Positions 55,835 to 64,000 of a stretch of DNA of 64,000 nt are shown piece by piece. Under the pieces are notes generated by a model. The model ran no database searches. It was not told where the DNA came from and saw only the letters and a program-made list of their open reading frames with translations. Each line of letters begins with the position of its first letter. Position 1 is the stretch's first letter. This stretch comes from Bugula neritina (taxonomy: Eukaryota > Animalia > Bryozoa): NCBI GenBank assembly GCA_964035545.1, contig OZ037765.1, positions 30,937,504 through 31,001,503 of the forward strand. Reading direction: 5' to 3'. Both the position numbers and the translations under genes were made by a program.

Positions 55835-58800
55835 CTATGAATTGGCTTGATTCTCTTTGTTCTCCTGAGGGATAGCTTTAAGGGCCCTCACCAGGTCAAT
55901 CATAATATCAGTCTCTTTCTCGTCGATTAGTTTAAATGTCCAGTTGAACAGCATGAAATGGGCGAAAAATGTGTTCAAATGTCCATGCAACTAAAAAATA
56001 AAAAACAACAGCTAAAATTAGAAAATAATTAACAAAGTTAGCACTGTTACATGAATACATAACCTTTCCCACTCACAAACTGTAGAAATCTGGTTGATTA
56101 GGACATAAAAGCATATCAATAGCAAATGTCAAAGGAAGGAAACGTATCAATTGATCAATATTTTAAAAGTCAGCAAAACCTATATAAACAGGCTTATTAA
56201 AATAAAAGCTGGGATATAACTTGAAAAAAAGGAGAGGAAATGTGAGAGATGTAAAAAAGTGAAAAAGAGGAAGAAAGATTTGGCACAACTGCACCCAAAC
56301 AATATCAAACTGTGTCACTTTTCTACTCAGAACGGAGAACTGCCAGTGGCAGTGACTAGCAGTGAAGCATCAGGGACTGACCTTGAGTAAGACCACCTGG
56401 TGGTAGTGTGCGTAGTAGATATGTGCGAGTGCATGGAACATGTACCTATGTATCTTCTGCACTATAGACAGGAAATTCGGTGGAAACACCTCCCCTAAAA
56501 TAGAAGTAGGCAATGGCAGCCTATGACAATGAGATGCAATATGAAAAGGCAGCATACCTAAGTAGAAGAGAATGCTGCCTTTATACAGATTACATACTAT
56601 TATACATATCATTATACATTATTATAGAGATATCATATTCTCAGTGTTTGTTAAACAGTACTTGTAGGCTGCAGGTAAATATATACATATATATACGCAG
56701 GTAACAATAGACAAGCACAATAGCTACTGAAATTTAATACTTTACCATGTTTAGTAGGAAATATTGAGTGATCATTGACATTCTTATTAATATATGTTGT
56801 TATGTAATCAATATACTGAGGGGCTGAGCACTTGAATTTCTTTCCTTTATCATCCACCCACGAATAGCTTCTATAAATACAGAGTAAAATATTCCATAAA
56901 ACAGAATACTATGGGGGACAACATGGCTGACTACAGAATATAAGTGTATATGGGATAGAAAAGCACGTGTACCTTAATAAATCCTAGCAATAATATCAGT
57001 CAAAATTGTAAAAGTTGATACTTCAATTCGAAAAAGTCTGAGTTGCGTTACAAAAGAGTGAATGCATAGATAATTTCTTTGACAGAACAATTTTGTGGGT
57101 AGACAACCCCTAACCTTTCAGTATTATTGCAACAAAGTCTAACTTTCAACTTCATATTTTTAATAAACATCCCGAAGAAGCTTTTCATTTCATGAAAACC
57201 ATAATATGGTGGATTTACCAAAAAAGTCAATTTACATTTAATCTTATCTACTCATTGCCGGTTTTTATCCAGCCTCTACTTTTTGCTCTTTAATTATCAC
57301 TGCCAAATTCTGACTCAGATGACAAAAAACAAGGCAAATTAAGAAATAGAAAGCATTTTCCTATAACTTATTGACTGGCAAAATTTATTAAAAAAAATAA
57401 CAACCTTTTTCATTGCCAGGCACTAGAGAGCTGAGACTTTACTACTTTCCAAAACACTACCAACTAACAGCTCTTCATGAGCAACTGGTATAAGCTAGAC
57501 GCAACTTTAAAAATTTCTGCAAAGTTTACCCAACTATATATTTTGTGAGAAACGAGGTCTTTAGCTACTAAGGTTAAATAACAACGGAATGCATGAGGAC
57601 AGTAGCAGCTATGAAATAGTCTGAGAAAATCCCATCCATCCGTTGCTAGCACTGAAGAGCCAGCCAGGGAAACTAATGGTAACAGAGTGTGTTTCTATAC
57701 ACATGGCATATGCTAATCGGACAGATTTACATACTTTTATATGAGCTGAGCATTTTCACACGCATGAAATATGAAAATAAGAATTTAAATACAGATATAA
57801 TGAACTTTACACCAAAAGCTGGTGCTGCGTGAAACAAAACAGGACAAAGTTGCAAACAGAAGAAATTAACATGTAAAGAAGTTATTCACCACAATTAACC
57901 TTTTGTTTTTCAAGTGCTGTACATGATTCACGAGTTACTACTCACTACTCAGTTAGTTTTATCTATACCCTATGGGGCTGGTGGTGTCCAGCTAAGTTGT
58001 ACTCGACTTACACATTGCCAGGGGCTGTCATGGCCGGGCAGGTGCTTGCTGTACAGCTATGAGATACCACTCCTATGAGGGTGTTCAGTTGCTCGAAGAA
58101 AGAAATGGCTACAAAAAGATTACAGGAACTTAATTAGAGGACTTATCTTAAGAGCAATTGCTCCTACACTGGAGTACACCATGTTTGTAATATAACACAG
58201 TGTGAGTAAATATGGGATAGGTCTACTTGTGTGATAAATAGAGTAATCAACTGCTATAAACTGAGCCAAACAAGAGCCTCAGAAAAAGTTTATTAGGTTT
58301 CTTTTAGTTTAAATAAATGTTGAAAATTGATTAAATCCATTTTAAGAGCAACAAAACAACATGAAAAAGGATTCCAGCAATTTTTAAGGATAAAAACGAG
58401 AAACATCCCATTTCTCATGATTGCCTTAATGAGATTTAAATCTAAAAGTAACAAAACTAAAACCATACTCAGAAAATTTGAGCACATTTTTCTTGCAGTC
58501 TGGGAGAGTTTTCAGTACCATAAGATGGCGCACAGATGGTGTACAGTAATTGATGTGTCAAACACATATCAGGGTGGTGTAAATGTGGTAATGAATTTTA
58601 GTGTATATTTACCACTTGATCCTGCACATGGCTTTGACAGTCAATCAAAAAGTATCAATTGTACGCCTTAATGTGTTTTGTTACCAAATTACACAGAAGA
58701 CAGATCTGAATTTTAAGCATTTGAGACGACAAACTTAGTCTTTTAACCAAGATGTTGCAAAGACTGTAGAAGCCAAGCTATGAACATACTAATTGATGAA

Positions 58801-61800
58801 GCTGAGAGCACTATATAGATGGAAGCAGTTAATAACACTCATCATGCTGTAAATCACACATTAATGGCAATATAATTTATAGACTAGAAGACATTGACAG
58901 AACATGATTGATACGGCTACACCACCATTTCCCTGACAAATTGACACTAGGCAAAAGATGCAATTAAACATATATGTCCATTTCATGACATTAAAAAAAA
59001 TAGGCCATAAACAAACCACAAGGCATTGGTTAGATACAGCTGGAAGTTTTCTTTGCCAAGAAAAATGTTTGCAGTATTTCTGAGTTCAGCTTATGAACTG
59101 AACAAGTTGGCTGTGCAAAGAAAGTGCTGCCGATGTCAGCAACACAAGATACAGGTAGAGATGCAGCTTACTGTGCCAGGCTAACCACTCCTCCTGTGCA
59201 AAGCCATAGGGCAGAGCTACCAGCTCCTCAAGGCTGTACGGCAGGTCCAGGTTCGGGATGTGGTGGTGTATAGTCTCCTTCGTGAAACTCTCCTCCAGGT
59301 AGAGTTTGGACTCCCCACTAGATATGGCACCACCAGCATCTTTGTCCTTCCGTTTCGTTCTCCTGTAACAAAGTAAATTTTAAATGGGTATAAACTGAAA
59401 GGAAACTTAATAATATATAATAAAATATAATGCGTAATTGTAAATAAGAGTGTTGGAAACGGAACTCTATTTAGAACATTCATTGTTTTAAGATAAGTAT
59501 GAAGCCATAAAGCAATTATTTTATATACCTACATACATATTTACATATATAAAATAATAATATTTAAAAGTATCACCACCTTTACAGCAGACTGAGGAGG
59601 GACTTTATTTTACTAGTATTACTAGATTATCCATTTAAACTGAGTGCTCAACAACTCTGTAATACTAGCAAGGTATAGTAGTATACACACTTTGTATACT
59701 ACTATACTGTACTATACTACACTAGTATGTAGCAGTAGAATATCCATGGTATAGTACTATACCTACAGTATAGTTAATAGTAGCATGCCCACAGTATAGC
59801 AGTAGAATATCCATGGTATAGCAGTAGAATACCCTCCGCATAGTAGCAGAATACCCACAGTATAGTAGTAGAATACCCACAGTATAGATACACACAGTAT
59901 ATTAATAGTATACCACTATTCTGTAGTAATTTAACAATAAACATAGTCTAGAATCTAGATGATGCCAGTTGGTAAAACTACTTGGAAAGAAGAGGGTGAA
60001 GCTACAGACTTGGCCGACAGCCCGAGTGCAACATACTGCTGAAGTGCAAGAAGCTATGTTTGATAAGTCTCAGAATTGCAGAGTATCACAGAGCTAATTT
60101 AATAGCCGACAGCCTGTACCCCCCCCCCCATTCCAGAGCCTCTGCACACATGAGTCTCTCTTAGCCTCCATGCATAGACAATACCAGAAACTGCCACTCT
60201 AGTACTCAAAGTATACTCACCGTAATCTCATCTCTAGAGATGTATGCTGAACTAAATCCTATCTAGTAATGTATCCTATCTAGTAATGTATCCTATCTAG
60301 TAGTACGAGAAAAGCTCAAACACTACAAGCACCTCCCTACCAGAAACAAGCACTGAAGCTGGTTGTCAAATCTGCCATGTGTTGCCTGTTTTGCATGGAA
60401 ACCAAACCTTAATCAGATTATTGTGACAACTCAATCTAATAGCCAATCAAAACCTTATAACTTCTAACTAATGATTATTCAATAATGAGACACATTAATG
60501 ATTAATTTCCAAGTCTACCAGCTATAGTGAATATTTCAACACGGTATGGAAAGAAACTTGGAACTTTCAGTCTAAGTTATATAAAAGCAACCATACAAAC
60601 CTTTTCAGTCTCATGTTCAACTGAATGGACCAAAACAGAGGCCCACAGAAAGGCTTTTGTAGAGCCAAGATATGATTAGCTGGTTATTAAGGAAAAGTAT
60701 ACTGGTTGGACATATTGAACATATCGACACTATTTGTACTGCTATTTGTACTGCGCATTATTCATGTTCATAATCAGGCCATGGCAATCACACCATGTTG
60801 TTATAAGCTAATCACGATTCAGCTTGATTGAGGAAATAATGATAACTTTGCAAAAATGTAATGCTTACGACACATTAATGTACTAAATGTACTAATGTAC
60901 TAAAAGCTGAGCATTTGACTCAGCCTTCTCTAGGGAAATTGCTCAAGTGTTTTAACCGATTTGAAATTTTGAGTAGATAACTCCTTCAGTTGCAAATTGA
61001 TTTTCAACTTTGCTTTTAAACTCTTGAAGTAAGAGACAGGATAGCTAACTACTCCCCCCCCCCCAACAAACCATGAACTAACAAAATCTTATCAAATTGA
61101 CCTCAAATATAGCATCAAATCTAATTGAGTTGGAAATGAATTCCAAGTTCAGATTTGAAGGGAACAGCAACAATGCCTGCAACCAGGAAGTAGTGAATGC
61201 TATAACTGCAGTTTTACTGTTAATGACAACTAAAGTTACTTGCCAAACTTAGTACTCAGTAGGAAGTTGTAAGTTGTAATCAGTGAAGGAAATGTTGAGA
61301 AATTGTGCAGTGAGCAGGGTGGCTGGGACAACTGGAGTTATAACTGGAGCACAAAGACACATAACAGAATTATTAATTAAAACTGCCAAAATCTGAACAC
61401 ATTTGACATCCTTTTTAAAAGGCCATCCAGATGTGGAGATTTTATGATCCTACAGCTGAAGATTTCTGAATTGAGTCCATTTGCTGAATCTGAATTATAC
61501 ATTGCAGTAGCAGTGATGGCCTAGGAGTTCGCATCAAAAAATTAAAACAATCCGGGATCGTCTTATATACAGAAATGTTGATATAATAATAATATACAAA
61601 ACACAAGCTGTGTTCTAAGATGTTGATACAGAGCAAAAACAATGCACTTAATTATAATGAATACATTGTGTTTTACAGCTACAAAAAGTTCTTTATTAAA
61701 ACTGAGGGTATGGAAAGCGAGGTTAGCATTTATAGGTCAGATTTTAATTACCAGCCTACTGGCTATAATAATAGTTTCCACTGAGCAGTATTTTACATGC

Positions 61801-63817
61801 ATACAATATAAGTTGCAGGTCGTGGGTATAATTGTTGTCAAATATGCCAACCAATGCCAAAAGCTGTGTGATGTGACCAGCTGTTTATCGACAGGCTGGA
61901 TTCCCTGAGTTCAGATATTGAGAGTAGTTACAGTTATCTTTGCACTCAAACTGACATCAGCATATGCAAATTAGCCAATCAATTGTTGATTTCTCGAGGA
62001 GGTTTTGAGTTGGTGATAAAGCAGCGATCAGCATAATGTAGTAAATAATCATTACACTGCTGTTGTACCAGCACATCGTGCTGCCACTGAAACTAGTCTC
62101 CAAACCTTGCGTCATGGTTATGTAGCGGGCAGCCACGCAGGCCAACCAGTATTATGATGAGCACAAGCACTTAGACTAATTCAGCTGCATACTTGGATAA
62201 ATTAACACTGCATCAGGCACAGGGTGCACTCTTTAAACTGCTGCTTGGAATTATTCTTCTCTATACTCCATACTAGCAACCACCTGGGCTTTGTGGTTAC
62301 TGATAACACTGTTCCTTAATGTTCACTAACCTTTTTTGTCCTACATTTAGCTATAGGAGTCTTGATGCTAGACCTAGCTCCTAACAATCTAATCTTGTTG
62401 TGAGAGAAAACTAAAGAATGTTATGCAATATCTCTCACTAGCCAATGTTCCAGTAACTTTGTGTTACTTATAAGGGTTATGATTTTATTCCCTATTGAAT
62501 TGAAAGGTGAAATAAGATATATTCAGTTACTGCAGGCGTACTTTGAATGGGGGTCAGCATTACCTTCACACTATATTAGCTTACTAGAGCATGGCATATG
62601 AAATACATCCTAAACCACATTTGCACACAAGATGGAGTTACTAGCACTATGTATTAGCAAACAGCAAAAAAGCTATGTTAAGCATATTAGTGTGAGATAG
62701 CCTTCAATACTATTCATATGTTAAGTCACCCTCTAACATTCTCTGAGAGGAATATAGCACTAATTAGGCAAACAATTATGAAGGGGGAGGGGGGACAGTT
62801 GAGGTAACCTCATTAGCTCCCAATTATTTTCAATAATGTATATAGTTGCAGAGGTGGGTACTCGGGCATTCTTGACTCAAACCAATTTTCAATAAACCTT
62901 GACTCAACTTGTTTAAGTATTAGCTATAATATTGAACATTTTGAATGACTTGAACAATAAAAAAGTTATTTCAATGTTTCAGGTTACTGCATCCATTTTA
63001 ATGTTATTCAATTATCAAAAATATAAAACTATTATAAGATAGCTAAAATCTGAGCCATTCTTTATTATTTTTAATTAACTATTTAATTTCTATCAATTGG
63101 ATGTAAAACTTTAGACTGGGAATTGCCACTATTAAATTGCATCAATTACTTGCAGGTCAGTATGACTCAACTTGAGTAAAATCTCAAGTCATTGCTTGAC
63201 TTGAATTTATTTATTGATTGGACTTGGGTTATTATAATAATAATTATTATTACTATACGGGTCTGCATATTTCATTATATGTACTTCAATTTCTTTTACT
63301 ATAGAAATATATAATAAACATAATGGCAGCAGCTAACGTTACCAACGCTGCAAAATAGTTGCAGCTGGACAAAGAGTATAATTAGTAGTATTACCAAACA
63401 ACCATAATCATTACTTTTTTCAGAAAAGAAAAATAAATAGTTACAGTGAACTGTGACGCTATCACTCATCACCATCACTGTCAGTATTACTACTACTATT
63501 AGATACTTGATGATTTATTATGTTCACTATTACTATTAGTATTACAGTTCCATTTTGACTTAAAATTACTATTTGACTTAGTATTAGTGTGGCATCAAAA
63601 CAATGCCATTTAATTTTATAATATTATAATTATACTGAAACTAGTTTTACATTTAGAGTATTTAGCAAGATAATCATAAATCAGTATAATTGTTATAATT
63701 ATTATTTGTTGTAATAATAATAATAATATTGACAATCATAATGATAATAATCCAAGTATGAGTATGAATATTACAACACCAAAATAAAGCATTAACATAC
63801 CCCATTAGCCAATCCAT
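55835..63817 (-). CDS. MOB2: MOB kinase activator 2, 232 aa
   Basis: Exons 63817-63801 (MDWLMG), 59362-59172, 58108-58012, 56870-56746, 56494-56382, 55990-55835. Motifs: ELVALPYG...EWLA, CTASTCPAM, WVDDKGKKFKCSAPQYIDY, IFPTKHGEVFP, FHALAHIYYAH, LHGHLNTFFAHF. Confidence 0.95.
59670..59915. repeat. Degenerate tandem repeat (cagtatagtagtagaataccca family)
   Basis: Repeated agtatagcagtagaatatcc / agtatagtagtagaatacccac units. Confidence 0.75.
62849..63230. mobile_element. Probable decayed non-autonomous DNA transposon fragment
   Basis: Begins cagaggtgggtactcg and carries dispersed (tt)gactcaacttg/gacttga sub-terminal motifs; no matching right TIR or TSD found. Confidence 0.35.
63370..63780. other. 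Degenerate 6-bp periodic (ANWNTN)n tract in MOB2 intron 1
   Basis: atagtt acagtg; accatc actgtc agtatt; actatt actatt agtatt acagtt; agtatg agtatg aatatt; starts just past the donor at 63800. Confidence 0.7.
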
Positions 63818-64000
63818 TGTTTCTCGAAGATATTCTTCAAGTTTCTCCAGGGTGAGGGTGATTGTCTGGATGAAACTGAATAGAAGAGCTTTTAGCCCTA
63901 GAACTAGTTTTAGCAATCTATTCTATTTCGATAGCTGTTACACTTAAAAGGTTAAAGTTGATGCTTTATGATTGCTATGATATATTGACTTTGAGTATCG

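Overview
AT-rich animal (invertebrate, species not determinable from sequence alone) genomic DNA with seven spliced protein-coding genes that I reconstructed exon by exon from GT-AG sites and frame continuity. They are: the 5' two-thirds of a non-muscle myosin II heavy chain (minus strand, runs off the left edge); a RAI1/TCF20-like AT-hook + ePHD gene (minus); hydroxylysine kinase HYKK (minus), head-to-head with mitochondrial thiolase ACAA2 (plus); a highly divergent forkhead gene (minus), tail-to-tail with ACAA2; an orphan ~300-aa protein with a clan CD (caspase/metacaspase/CHAT-like) His-Cys dyad (minus); and MOB2 (minus). Also present are a tRNA-Thr-derived SINE with a 17-bp TSD plus a decayed second copy, a foldback element with a telomere-like core, and many intronic minisatellites. 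The most unusual signal is a degenerate, strand-symmetric 6-bp periodic tract, (A-N-W-N-T-N)n, in the promoter-proximal intron of all six genes from recognised families. Other highlights are the orphan clan CD protease, a triple AGGTCA nuclear-receptor element beside the HYKK/ACAA2 pair, two candidate microexons in myosin loop 1, and minisatellites that abut splice sites. All calls are by eye; no database search was run.
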